DNA of 64,000 nt from Phaeosaccion multiseriatum (lineage: Eukaryota > Protista > Ochrophyta, other classes): contig OZ218963.1 in the NCBI GenBank assembly GCA_965112735.1, positions 1,612,001 through 1,676,000 of the forward strand. Direction: 5' to 3'. The position numbers and the translations under genes are program-made. The notes below the pieces were generated by a model, which did not search any database, had not been told where the DNA came from, and saw only the letters and a list, made by a program, of their open reading frames with translations. Below are positions 48,551 through 61,318 of this stretch, one piece after another (position 1 is the stretch's first letter; each line of letters begins with the position of its first letter).

Positions 48551-49677
48551 CCAAAGCCTCGGATATTTCCCGCTGCACCAAATCCAACGCTTTTCTGAAC
48601 ACCACCAGGGGCTCCAAAGCCACTGGTCCTGTTCGTGTTGGTGCTTACAGCAGATAAACCTGTGCCTCTTCTGCCGAACCCACTTCCGCTACTACCGCCA
48701 AACCCCTGCCGTTGCTGCTGCTGTTGCGAACTTTGTTGCAAGTCGTCTCCCATGACCTCATCCCCCAGACTCTGTTGATGCCGGAGCGGAGATGAAAAGC
48801 GTTGCGGCGGCTGGTGTGGATTGTTTTGCTGGTACTGTTGCTGTCGTCTCTGAGGCTCCTGGTGCTGCTGCTGGTGCTGCTGCTGGTGCTGCTGCTCGTG
48901 CTGCTGCTCGTGCTGCTGCTCTCGCCCGGATCGCGTCGAGCCCCCCCTTCCAAAGCCCCCCCCCGAACCGAAGCCATTTCGGCCTGATCCGCCGCGTCCT
49001 TGAGACTCAAAAGTCGCCTTGCCTCTGTGAGGGGATGCAGACCGCCCGTCGTGTCCTCCTCCTCCAGTCCGGCCAAAACCCCCACCACCGCCTCCTCCGC
49101 CAACACCAAAGCCACGGCCTTGCCGTTGGCCGCGATTGCCGCCGCTCTAGTGGACGAATCTGCAGGACAAAAAAGCACAAGCAGGAAAATATCAGAAGAA
49201 AGTTTCCGGTATACGCAGGGCAGCTTCCAAACACTCGTGCCCGCACTGGAGATCCCATCACCAAGGCCCGGTGATGTAAGAGGCGGCCACATACCTGCAT
49301 GAGTCGCCAAAGCGGCAGTGCCCATCTTGAGCAAAGTTGCGGCACGCCTGCTGCAATCCGCCGCTGCCTTTTTCTTGCTGCTGCTGCGAACCGCTCCCGC
49401 TTCCACCATCCGCACTATTGTGGCGATTGTTTTGGCGCTGACTTTGTCTTTGTTGACGTTGTGGTTGCTGCTGCTTCTGCTGCTGGTGGTGGTTGTTGTT
49501 GTTGTTGTTGCTTCTCCCTCCTCCAAAGCCTCGACTCGAGCTCCCGAAGCCGCTGCCGCTCTTACCTCCGCTGTTACCCCAACCACCTGCTCCTGGTGCT
49601 ACTTGGCGGGGGTTTGCACCGAACCTCGTCCCTCTGGGCGCTCCAAAACCCCCACCCCTTGCGCCAAACCCGCTCAT
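48103..49677 (-). CDS. NUP42: NUP42/NUPL2-like nucleoporin (CCCH zinc finger, FG repeats, C-terminal Gle1-binding motif) containing an in-frame TAG; exons 49677-49295 and 49159-48103
   Basis: Splicing completes CRNFAQDGHCRFGDSCR|FVH (C-x8-C-x5-C-x3-H). GFG repeats occur throughout. The C-terminus FVLGSIPELPPPIDAM resembles the Nup42 F-x-LG-x-(I/V)P-x-x-PPP motif. TAG at 49149-49147. Confidence 0.75.
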
Positions 49678-49777
49678 CGCGCCCCCGAGAGGCAACAAAA
49701 GAATTGAGAGGGGAGCTTACTCTCTAAGCTCGCAAGTTGGTACGCGAAATGCCAACTGTGATTCACGGCTGGCACGC

Positions 49778-50071
49778 TCGGCCCTGGAAGAGGTTATCAG
49801 ATTACTGATTACGGCCGGCGCAGCCGGCCTGATTACTGATTACTGCCGGCGCCAGCCGGCCTGATTACTGATTATGGCGCCAGCCGGGCCTGATTACTGA
49901 TTATGGCCGGCGCCAGCCGGGTCTGATTACTGATTACTGATTATGACCGGCGCCAGCCGGCCTGATTACTGATTATGACGGGCGCTAGCCGGCCTGATTA
50001 CTTATTATTGGCGCCAGCCGGCCTGATTACTGATTATGACCGGCGCACACTGTAACCTCTTCCAGGGCCGA
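49778..50071. mobile_element. 294-bp MITE with 19-bp TIR and 6-bp TSD
   Basis: TIR tcggccctggaagaggtta / taacctcttccagggccga; TSD gcacgc at 49772-49777 and 50072-50077; internal ~30-bp tandem units ctgattactgattatgaccggcgccagccggc. Confidence 0.92.
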
Positions 50072-50081
50072 GCACGCATTT

Positions 50082-50180
50082 TCGGCTCTTCCATCTTTTT
50101 GCTTTTTGCTTCTGGCCGGCGCCAGCCGGCCTTCTTCCTGCTTCTGGGCTGGCCTGTCTCAGAAGCATGTCAGGGGCCGA
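50082..50180. mobile_element. 99-bp MITE with imperfect TIR and 6-bp TSD
   Basis: Ends tcggctcttccat / atgtcaggggccga; TSD gcattt at 50076-50081 and 50181-50186; core ggccggcgccagccgg. Confidence 0.75.
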
Positions 50181-50304
50181 GCATTTCGCATTGCTTCTTG
50201 CTTTCAATTTCTTCCCACCTACAGTACTTAACAACCAATTTGAAGTCTGTAAGTGGAAGGCCTCTATTTTCCCCTCACCATAACAGTCTATTCTATGTAT
50301 GTAA

Positions 50305-53300
50305 TCACATCTCAGCAAAGTCTATAATATCCGACGGCGTGGTGCAGTCCTCCCATTCCACACGAATGTCCCGCGGTGTTCCTTCATACGGCTGCGGAAT
50401 CTGCACCTGCAGCGTGCCCAGGCCACTCGTCTCATCCACCGAGTAAGAGTGCTTAACGTCCTTCCCGTCCAAGCTCACGTGGTGAGGAGTGTGCGAGCAG
50501 TAGGCCAGAAAGCGGCCACTGCCCTTCACCTTGACGCTAACCTGCGCTGTCCCACCTTCCGCAGTTGCTTTGAGCTGCTCGCTGACCACGGCACCGCCCG
50601 CATTGAACATGTCCGCGAGACCCACGCTGGCCCATTTCACCTGCCCTACTCTATTCACCTCGGACATGGCAGCCAGCTCGTACCGGTGAGTCCCCAGGCT
50701 GATTGGTAGAGCGTCGTCAAGACCTCCCAACGACAGCGTCTTCTGCTCAAAGAGGTACGTGACGAATTGGCGCGTCCTGCTGCTGCTGCTGCTGCTGCTG
50801 CTACTGCCCTCACGCTCCTTCACAAGAACATGGCAGTCTCGGGGACAGACGGTGCCCTTCTCTTCGTCCTTGGCGTCAAGGGAATCCTTGTCGTACGTGA
50901 GCTTGTTCACAAATGCGTACTTCCGCAGTCTCTGATTCCAGGCACTGCCCGCGATGTTGAACATTCCTACAACGCCGTGCCCTGCAGCCGGATTCTCCGT
51001 CCAAATAGACAGCAGGCCGCCCCCGGGCTGCTGCGGGTCGGAAAACAGACTCTTGAGTGTCGGGAGGGCATTCTGCAGTGGCCTGAGCACGCTCCCATCG
51101 TCCAGCACAATCCTTTTCAGCAGCTCCACATCATGCTCGCCGGGTCTGTCGCTGATGTAGACAGGGCCGCCACTGATGGCTCGACTCGCGGCATGCATCC
51201 AGCTCACGGTCCCAAGCGTGGTTTGGAACATGTCCTGTGGTACAGAATAATAGTTGCATAGGTTGCGTACGAGGCGGGTGGGAAAGAAAAGGAGCCTTAG
51301 CTTCGTATAGTTGGGTTCGGTTGGGGTGAGAAAGGAGGAAAGCCCCCAAATGCCCCCTGAAAAAGGAACCGGCCAGCGTAATAAATATACCTATTTGATT
51401 GAGCAAGAGAGCAAGACGGACGGCGCAATCAATGTCCCCAACACACAACCCCTTTCACTCACCCAATCCTGCAGGCCGCAGTTGCTGATGAGAAGCGAGT
51501 TGAAGGCGTTGGCGTATATGTGCACGCCGTGTGAAGCCGCGTCACGGGGGTAGAAGTCATCGCTTCCGCGCACGACGGGCCGACGCTCGTAGCACGAGGG
51601 CAGCTGAGGGCCGGACGGAAGGGGCCGTGACATTCATAGCGCAGAAAGGAACGAGCACGCACAGGACGGGTGGGGGGTAAGGATGAGGAGGAGGAGGAGG
51701 AGGAGGAGGAGGAGGAGGAGAATGAGGAGGAGGAGGAGGAGGAGGAGGAGGAGAATGAGGAGGAGGAGGAGGAGGAGGAGGAGGAGGAGGAGGAGGAGGA
51801 GGAGGAGGAGGAGGAGGAGGAGGAGGAGGAGGAGGAGGAGGAGGAGGAGGAGGAGGAGAATGAGGAGGAGGAGGAGGAGGAGGAGGAGGAGGAGGAGGAG
51901 GAGGAGGAGAAGGAGGAGGAGGAGGAGGAGGAGGAGGAGGAGGAGGAGGAGGAGGAGGAGGAGGAGGAGGAGGAGGAGGAGGAGGAGGAGAGTGAAGAAT
52001 ACAAGGTGCGAGCTTCAAGGCAAGTTTCCTTTCTTTTTTCGTACCTGTAGAAGAATCTCGTTGTCGTGATTCATGCAGTGAATAATTCTAATATAAAGGA
52101 CATAAAAGAACAGAGGGATGAGTAATGAATTGGATGCTGCCGTTCACCCGCCGACCTCTCCTCACCTGCCTCCAGCACCCAAGGGCCCGTCTGTGTCGCG
52201 AAAGTGCTTCTTCACACTCCTGCTCAGGGCATTGTGCACTGACCGCGTGAGACTCACGCTACCACCCTGCCCGTTGCCAACAAAGTTCAGCACGCTCTGA
52301 GCGGAGAAAAGAAGCACGGCGAGAGGGGCAAACAAACAAACAAACAAACAAACAAACAAACAAACAAACAGCGGTTAGAAACACACCTGTCCTGTCACCG
52401 CACCACAGCAAGCAAAACCCTACCCTAGCTACAGGAGGGTGGTGGATACACACCGTCTGCCTGTGTGTATGTGCGTCAGCCTGCCCGATGGGTGCGTGCC
52501 TATATACCTGCGCATCGACCTTGACCCCATCCACGCCTTGCTCGGCCAGGTACTGGTGGTAGTCATCGTAAAAGGCCCGAATGTGCTTGGCAGGGACCAC
52601 TCCGAAACGCTTGTTCAGAAACCTGCACACGAGGAAGAACATCTTCATCTCTGGGTCCACCTGCACAATGCCGGGAGGGGCCTTGAGGGAAGCTCGGACA
52701 GGCTCATATGCCTCCAGATCCGGGGAATCTAAAGATACGGGGAAAGGGAGAGAGAGAGGGGGGGGGGGGGGGCACAGGGGAGAATGAAACGTAGCTTCGG
52801 ACTCGTTCTTTCCTTCACTCAAACCCTTTCGCCACTTCTTTGAGCCCCTGCCTACGAATATCTCCTTGTGGGCGCGTTGGTTCACCTTGTTAAGCCCCTC
52901 TCCTCATATATAGGAGAAGTGCTCGCCCTTATCAGACCATCAGATACGTCCCCAGACCAACACACCCTCTCCACCCGACACATGGCATGTATGACTTACC
53001 CAGGTCCACTCCAGCCCAGTAGCCTGCGATGGCGTGCCACACGAGGAAGTAGTCGATGTCGTACTCGCCCTTGGCCTACACCATACGACAAGATTCAAGA
53101 TTCAAAAATGAGCGCGCCAGCCACTGAGGCACCGATACTTCAAGTCATCCCACAAACCTCGCCTTGTACAGCAGCGATATGTTTGGGGCCGATAGCACAC
53201 GAGACTATTCTACTCACCTTGCTCACTGTTCTCTTCAAATCGTACCCCTTCTCGTTGTCTCTGAACTTTTCATTCGCTCTGAGTGAGGTGAGGTGGTCCA

Positions 53301-55902
53301 TCCACTGTTCCCCATTCGGGGCCTCGGGGTTGCTCGTGGACTGCCATCCATCATCCTGCAGCGGAGCAGTTGAGAGTTAAAGGGGGGGGGGGGGGCATGG
53401 AGGAAACGGAGACCAACAAAACTGAGCGAAAAGCAGCAGGCGTCTGCTTGTGCAAAGTGCCCAACAGGCATGCTGGGCTGTGTCCGTATCGGAGGTAGGG
53501 TGAGGTGGGATGGGGTGGGCGATTTGATTTACCGCCGATCCAACTGGCTGGCTATCTAGGGAATGAAAACAAAACAAAACAATACTTCTTACCAGCACCA
53601 GCCATTTGGGCCTAATGCCCGAGGCCTTGAGCGAGTCGAGGCCGCGAAACATTTTGTCGTGGTCAACGCCAGTGTAGAAGCTGTCCCACGTACTGTGGAT
53701 GCATGCCACAAACACACACAAGGGGATTAAGAGGCGGAAGGGGAGGGGGTAATTGCGTCGGGTCACGCCTCTCGAGCCGGACTCCCTCCGGACCTGTGCC
53801 CATCCATCCACTACCATCCTCACTCACCACCACCCCAAGTGGTTGCTAAAGTCTGGAGACGACTCGTCCTTCGTAGTCTTGACGACTTCCTGCTTCTTGC
53901 GCTTGAGCAGCTCCTTCTCCGCGCCCCTGTGTACAGGTAGGGAGCAAACAAACAAAACAAACAAACAAACAAGCAAAACGCAACGTAAAAACAACCCAAG
54001 AGAAGAGAAGAAGAAAGAAGAAAAGAGCCAGAAACAGCCACCACCACTTCACATGGACGGAGCGCATTCATTCCTCCTCGTACAGAGAGGGTGGCGAAAC
54101 AACCAATTCGCGTGCGTGCGTGCGTGCATGCTGGTAAATAAGGAAGGAAGAGAAGCCCGTAGCGGCGGTTTCATCCCTCACCTGAGCAACCCTGAGCTGA
54201 AGGCTCTGCCCCGGACCTGGTGCTTGAGGCGGTTTTGAATGAGCTTGAAGGACTTGTCAATCAGCACAAAGGGATCCGAGTGGACCCCGACAAACAGGCC
54301 AGCCACGTCGGAGGGTGGGACGGAGGTCTCACTGCAGCCTGTCTCTGCTATGATGTGGAGCGATTGATCGGGCATGCCCTTGAGTGAGCACTGAAAGATC
54401 GAGAGAGGAGGGAGTGGGAAGAGTTTAAGAGCTTACAGCAGCAGGAGTCTGGTGGAGAATGGGCTATTTCCTCAGGCAGACAGGTGTGAGTGAGTGAGTG
54501 AGGCAGCGAGGCAGCGAGCAACACAGCACTCTGTGTGCAAAATGGAAAGGCTTCATGAGAGGGGATTGGGCACGGATACAAAAGGCTCGTTGTTGAGAAG
54601 TGAACGAATCCCAAGAGCTGTAGCTTAGCTCACCTTTACAGAGCCGTCAATGAGTGGCACGTACAGAGCGTACATGACTTTCCCTTTTGGGTGAGAGAAA
54701 GTATCGGGAGGGGGGAGGGTCGTGCTTCGTGAGTGAGTAAAAAGGGAGGGCAACGGGGGAAGGGGTACTGAAGAGAGGGAGGCATGACAGTACTGCGGGG
54801 AGGGTTAGTAGCTACGCATTCTAGCAAAGTCGGTCTCTGGCCTTCGCACCTGTCTTCTCGTCCGGCGGCATTTCCGCGATCACCAGCTGCGTTTCTGGTG
54901 GGATTTCGTCGGTGGCATCTGCATGCAGCGGTTTCATCCACCAGAGTTTGAACCGGTGCAGAGCCAGAAGCTTCGTTGCGCTGTGTTTCAGGAGGACGTG
55001 GGGGTGCGTGTGTGCAGCCCAGCGGTGAGTGCATGAGTGTGAGCGAGCGGGAATGCTGCTGCTGCTGCTGCTGCTGCTGCCGCTACTACTCGGCCACACG
55101 CACTTTGCTGAGTTACCAACCTGGGCTTTCCTAACTTCCACGTCCGAATCGCAGCCTTGCTACCAGAGCTCCGCAGCGATAGGAAGGCGGCCCCAAAGTC
55201 CTCGTCCGTATCGCTTATGAGCTGCTGTAGAGCGTAGACGTACTGAGAGCTGAACGACCCGGGGATGAAGGGGTTGATGTTGTTGTTGCCCAGTGCCATG
55301 GCCACCACGTCGTCCTCACGCTGCAGAACATCCCCCATGAACTCTCTGAGGGAGGGGAAGTTTTGTGCCAAGGAAGCGGCAACGTCGAAATCTGACGAAG
55401 AGGAAGATGAGGTTGTGGAGCGGCGGCTCTCTGGCTCGGGTTCAGGGTACTTATCCTGCTGCTCTTCCTCCCCTTCCTCCTCTTCCTCCTCCTCGAGTTG
55501 AGCAATGAAGCGGCTGCTGGAGAGGTGGGCCTCTCGATCGGCGAGGTCAATACCGTCATCCAGTGCGCCACCAAGCAGAGTCCTCGTAGCGCGCTGCACC
55601 TGACTTCTTCCACTCTCCTCCTCGTCTGCTTCTACCACCGCTGCTGTTGCTGCTGCTCCTGCCCCTGGAGCTGCTCCTGCTTCTGCTGGAGCCGTCCCTC
55701 CCCGTCCCACCTTGCCGCTCTCATCACCGGCACTACTCCACAATCTTCCATTCCTCGTGCTGCTCGAGAGAACTCCCTTCTGTGGTGCTCCTATCCCCCC
55801 CCGCCCCGAACTGCCATACCTTCCTTGTGCTTGTGGCAAATGGAAGCTGCACGCAAACCACGCGGTGGCCAGGTGCAGGTGCACCAAAAACATTTCCCGC
55901 AT
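50305..55902 (-). CDS. GH36 raffinose synthase / seed imbibition protein (alkaline alpha-galactosidase) family, multi-exon
   Basis: Spliced motifs LHRFKLWWM, EIPPETQ, LGWC|TWDSFY, L|DDGWQ, GVDGVKVDAQ, RGSDDFYPRD, HAASRAISGGPVYISD, VGLADMFNAGGAV; hydrophobic N-terminal leader. Confidence 0.93.
51685..51990. repeat. (GAG)n tract in a GH36 intron
   Basis: Directly visible. Confidence 0.95.
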
Positions 55903-56088
55903 CGGCTCTCTCTCTTCACGAAGCGGGGTTCCTTCTGTTAGGGAGTCGAAGGGGGAGGAGCACCCTCATCGTTCACCTCAAGTCATTTGTTATTTGATTT
56001 ATTTTGCGTGATGTTCATGCAGGGCGCCGCGGCAGGAATTTTGTTGACTTTTCGATTTGATCTCACTCCTTCCTCCTTCCTCCCGTCC

Positions 56089-59000
56089 ATGGTAAGCCGC
56101 CTCTGCTATTCGCTGCAGCAGCTGCTACTACTGCTACTGCTGCTGCTAAGTGCCACTGCTTCCTCTTCTCCTACTGCTGCGGCTGCGGCTTTTGAGAATC
56201 GTCCATAGGAGACCATTCTCTCGCTCACTCCCCCCTCTCCCTCCTTTCCCTCCTCTTTCTGCGCTGTTGCTCTCTCAAGATCGGTGCGCGCCTCCTCTCC
56301 TTGGTGTCCTTCCTCACTGCTTCCCTCGGCTCGGCTGGAGTATTCGCACTGCGTGTGCCCATCGCGCCCCTGAGGACCCCCAGGACAGCAGCAGCTGGAG
56401 GAGCTGAAGGAGCTCAAGCAGGAGCAACAAACGCTGGCGTTTGCGGAGACTACTCTGCAGGTGGGTCCACAGAGTAAGTCTTGTGATCCCGTCGTTGACC
56501 ACCATTTCTTAGAGACGTGGTGCCAGTTTCTTACCCTGCTCCTCCTCACCGACATCCCCTGCCTTCGTGCGATTCTGGCTTCTCTTGGAGTCAGTCAGAA
56601 ACCTTAGGACCATCAGGAAGAGAGAGAGACGGTGCAGGAACAGGAGTTCGACTGTACTCTGCGCAGCCACGCAGGGGGGGGAGCAAACTATGGAGGACAC
56701 CGGCAGCCGTAGCGACAGGACGCAGGAGGACCAGCAGCAACAGAGGGGCCACTTTTTCGGCTTCGGAGACCCCACACACAAGCAGTCCATACTGCAGGAG
56801 ATCACCGAGCAAAGATACAAAGGTGCGTTGCTCAGCCTGGAACGGCAGAAGCTTCCTACCGGCAGTGCATCTGAATGGCAACCTGTGTGTGTGCGACCCT
56901 AACGACGAATGAGCCGCTCAATTGGGGTGGCCGTGAAGATTGACCAGACCCAGCACATGCCATTCTTCCCTGCGTCTATGACCCACCACCCACCACTCGC
57001 CCGCCCCTGTGCAGATGTCGCCGCCGCCAAGCAGAGCCTATCAGAGAAGGACCTGACGGCGCTCATCACAGCCTTCGACGCGGAGTTCGGGCCTCCCTTG
57101 GATCTGTTTGCCAGGATTAAACAGGTACAGAGGGTAGAGTGGATTTGCAACAGGGGGTGGTGCTCGCGGCGTTCGTTAACAGAACACAGAGCGTCGATTT
57201 AAGAGCACACCACACCACAAGCACCCACCCACCCACGCGCTTCGCGTTTTTGTTTCTCCTTTTCTCCAATCCTTCGCCCGGCCCCTGACAGGAGGACGAC
57301 ATTGCAGTGGCCGCAGAGTTCAAGCGCGCGTCACCCTCTAAGGGAGACATTGCTACGCACCTTGTGGCGGCAGAGCAGGGCGTAAAGTACGCACAGGTCG
57401 GCGCCGCTGTGCTCTCCGTCCTCACTGAGCCCAAGTGGTACGTAGAGGAGATCCTTCCTTGAAGGAAGGAAGGAAGGAAGGAAGGAAGGAAGGAAGGAAG
57501 GGCTGGGCGCAGCAACGTAAGCCTGAGTAGCGTTGGGTCTTTTCGTTTGATAGTCTCCTCCTTGCCCAAACTTCCCCCACCCCTCGCGTTGCGCACCGAT
57601 CCCTGCACTCCACTTCAGGTTCAAGGGGTCCCTGACAGACATGAAGGAGGTACGCACAGCCACACAAGCACTCGTTGAGGGTTCACACACTTCAAGGTGA
57701 GGTGAGAGACCACAGATACAATGTTCTCCGTGTTTTTGTTTGGATACTTCTTCTCTTGCCCGTGTGCCTCCGTCTGACTTCAACCCGTCCTCCCTATGCG
57801 TTTGTATATATCTTTGTATATATATATATGTGTGTATGTATGTATGTATGTATGTATGTATGTATGTATGGGCTTTGCGAATGCGCAGACCTGCCATTCT
57901 GCGCAAAGACTTTGTCGTGGATAAACACATGATCCTGGAGGCTCGGGCGCACGGAGCGGACACCGTCCTCCTCATCGTCGCCATCCTCGAGGTGCAGCAG
58001 CTCGTTGACCTCATCGACTTCTGCAGGAAGATGGACATGGAGCCCCTCGTCGAGGTGCGTCAGAGACGGACTGACAAGAAGCTCTTGAAGCCTAGGGAAA
58101 AGTGGAGCAGCCTCAAGTGAATGTATCGTGTATGAACCACCTCTTTCTCTCTGTATCTCTCTCTCTTTCTCTCTTGCCTCTGTCGGGGTGTAGGTCCATA
58201 CCGACGAGGAAATGGAGATTGCTCTGGCAGCGGGCTCCAAGGTGATCGGCGTGAATAACCGCAACTTGCACACTTTCCAGCTTGACCTCGACACAACCGC
58301 CAGGGTGGCTGGCATTGCCAAGAGCAAGGGCATCACGTGGGGGCAGCGGGAGGGTCAGATTCAGCTGGCAGCGCTAAGTGGTATCACTGGTCCACAGGTG
58401 AGACAAGAAACAAGACAGAACCTTGGATGCAAGTATCAAACTTCAAAATATGCGGAAGGAAAGTGTGTATACCACTACCTAGTCTGCTGCTACTTAACCC
58501 TTCGCAAACGCCGTCCCCCCCCCTCCCCCCCTCTGGGCAGGACGTTGAGCGTTTCAGAACCTTAGGCGCGAGCATGGTGCTCGTGGGAGAGACGCTCATG
58601 AGGGCAGCAGACCCAGGCCAGGCCATTCGCAGGCTGCTGGGGCAAGACGGGGAAGAGGAGGCGAGGCACAGCTTGCACCTCGTCAAGGTCTGTGGGGTGA
58701 CCAGCGTAGAGGATGCGCTGGTGGCGGCAGGGGCAGGGGCAAACTTGATCGGCATCATCTTTGCGGAGAAGTCCAAGAGAAGGTGCGTTTGGTGTGATGA
58801 TGGGAAGGGGAGAGAGAAACCTGTCGAGCCGGTTTGTGTGCTGCCGTCGGTGTTATGTATATTTGGCGATTAGCTTCTTCGCTCGGAGGAGAAAAGTGCA
58901 CGTAAACGCTACTTCCTCACCTTTTCACTCTTTGTCACGTAGGGTGGATGACTCGACGGCGAAGGCCATCGTGAAGGCTGTGCGTGAGTTTGGAGAGCGT

Positions 59001-60674
59001 AGCGAGAAGAAGCGGATGGAAGCTCCTCAACTGGCAACAGCAGGGACGACATTCGAAATAGCAAAGGTCAGAGGATTCTTTGATTCTTTCTTCGCCTCAT
59101 CCGAAAAGTGATGGCAACGCTCATCGCCCATATGCCTTTCCACCTCACCTGTCCTTTCGTTTCGTATGTGGCAACGCACTCGATGAACCCCTTGACAGAA
59201 GTGGTTTCAAGACTGGTCCAAGACCATTACGGAGGCTTCTCGCCGCGCCCCCTTGGTTGTTGGAGTCTTTCAAAACCAGGCCTTGGACGAGGTGAGTGGA
59301 TGGGTGAGGTCACTGGGCTTCCTACTTACTGCCAACAGTGCGCATAGGAAGCCTGTACCGCCTTCGACAGGAGGGTCAGGACGAGGCTCTGCTCTTTGAG
59401 CGAGGGGGAAGAGGGAATGAAATGCGGGTCCATATCCACCTCATCCAATCCACATCTGGAGAAGGGTCCAATTCGAAGCCCCGTCCTGCTGCTCCTGCGC
59501 TGCTCCTCATGCTTCCCCTCTTCTACCCTTACTGCTGCCGCCGCTGCTGCTGCTGCTCCTACTGTGCCTCATCCGTCTAACCCAAGGTCCACGCTGTGGC
59601 GTCCTCCGTGGGCCTCGACGTGGTGCAGCTGCACGGAGACGAAGGCCTGGAGGCGTGCGCGCAAGTGGGGCTCCCCGCCATCCGAGTGGTGCACATGGCT
59701 GCGGGCAAGGGCGGGAGTGAGAGCAGCTCGGAGGACAGGTACAGTGTTAGGATACCCATAAAGTCCACTCCACTCTGCTGCGTCTTGAGAATTGTTCGTG
59801 ATGTACACATATTCTCCTCCCCACCCTGGCGTTACACCAAACCCCGCCCCCCCACCATTGGTTGCTCTACCTTCTTCCTGACAGAGCCAAGACCGTGGTG
59901 TCCCCTTTGAAGGGCGGGTTTGCGGCGGCCGTGCTACTGGATACCTCTGTAAAGGGGGTCCAAGGAGGAACGGGGGTCACGTTTGACCTGGCGGTAGCGG
60001 AGGTGAGCAAAGCATTCAAAGTGCTTTCCTCAAGATGGACATTGACACCAGCAGGGCTGGAGCGTGCAAAGACCATGTATTAGTACTGAGAGAGTCGATG
60101 GCAGTCAGTATTTGGGTCCTGTCCGTATTGTGCTGCTTTTGTCGCTGCTACTGATGTCCTCCCACCCCCCACCCCTGACGCTAAGGCCGTGGAATCGCAG
60201 GGAATCCCAGTGATGGTGGCCGGGGGCCTGACCGCGGAGAGCATTGCAGATGTCGTGTGCAAGACCAAAGCGTGGGGATTCGACGTATCAAGCGGTGTCG
60301 AGGAATCGCCGGTGAGGAGGAGGAGGGGATGATCAAGAAAATGTACTTGTTTGCTCTGCTTTGCCTGCTATGAATGACTCCCTTTGAAGCTGCTTCCCAC
60401 ATGCTGCGATGCTCCAGTGTTCCCCGCTGTAAGGGAGGCATTGTTCCACCGCCAGAGTGGGCAGTCTCCCTCGCCGCTCCGTTTCCCTTCTCACGTCCTC
60501 TCGGAGCTTCACAGCTTTACATTGCATGTCTCACACCTCTGCCCCCCCCCCCCCTTCTCTCTTTGGCACTTGTCTCTGGTCGTTTGCTGACAGGGCTGTA
60601 AGGACCACGCGAAGGTCGAGGCTTTTGTGAGTAACGCCCGACAGGCCTTTACAGACAGTTCCAAGTCGAGCTAG
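56089..60674 (+). CDS. trpCF: Bifunctional indole-3-glycerol-phosphate synthase / phosphoribosylanthranilate isomerase, multi-exon, probable bipartite plastid presequence
   Basis: [20 protein letters not shown]|[34 protein letters not shown], then [35 protein letters not shown]. The upstream exons ATG|gtaagc...|[27 protein letters not shown] are phase-consistent, but the start is less certain. Confidence 0.93.
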
Positions 60675-60970
60675 GGCCGTGGCGTCGTCGGACGTCAGAG
60701 GCCCAGAGCAGACCTCGCAGCCCTGTCCGAGCAGGGAGGTGTAGTTCACTCGCCGCATCTTCCGTGGAGTCATTTTGTTTATACCGGAATGTAGGCACAC
60801 TCCAGTTAAGGGCTGAATGTCACGAAATCTCTGGGCTTCCATCATTCCTCTCCCTCCCTTACCTTCCTCCTTTCCAAGCATGGGGAGTTGCCTCGCACAA
60901 ATCGAAGACTGGTACGTTAGTAGAGAGTTCCAGCGGAGGAGTGAAGACCATCCCATGAGCCGCAAGAAGC

Positions 60971-61271
60971 TCAATCCACACATCCAACCCAACCCATGCC
61001 TCCCAACGTCAGCAGAGCGATTAAGCTGGCTCCGAGAACCACACTCAGCCTTCCAGCATCCCGCGATGGAGACGCAGAATTGCAGTAATTCTCTTGACAG
61101 CAAAATCGATCCCGCTGGTAGTCGATTCCCTCAAACTCGTAGTCCCAGCTGGCATCTTCGCAAGTCGACGCGCACTTACGATACTCGCATGCCTTGGTCT
61201 CGCTGGATGGATAGTGCCGAGAGCGAGCGAGCGAGCGAGCGACCGAGAGAGAGAGAGAGAGAGAGAGAGAA

Positions 61272-61318
<47 letters not shown>

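Noticed and set aside
49147-49149. Genome-wide TAG reassignment
   Set aside because: SAHH, PP1 and trpCF terminate at TAG at their expected C-termini, and I saw no in-frame TAG in the other conserved genes I translated.
49790-50050. CRISPR-like array of ~30-bp repeats
   Set aside because: There are no unique spacers and no cas genes. The units are contiguous and lie inside a TIR/TSD-bounded MITE in a eukaryote.
56089-56208. Short signal-peptide [18 protein letters not shown]...FENRP
   Set aside because: ATG|gtaagc is a strong donor; this sequence is better explained as intron 1 of trpCF.
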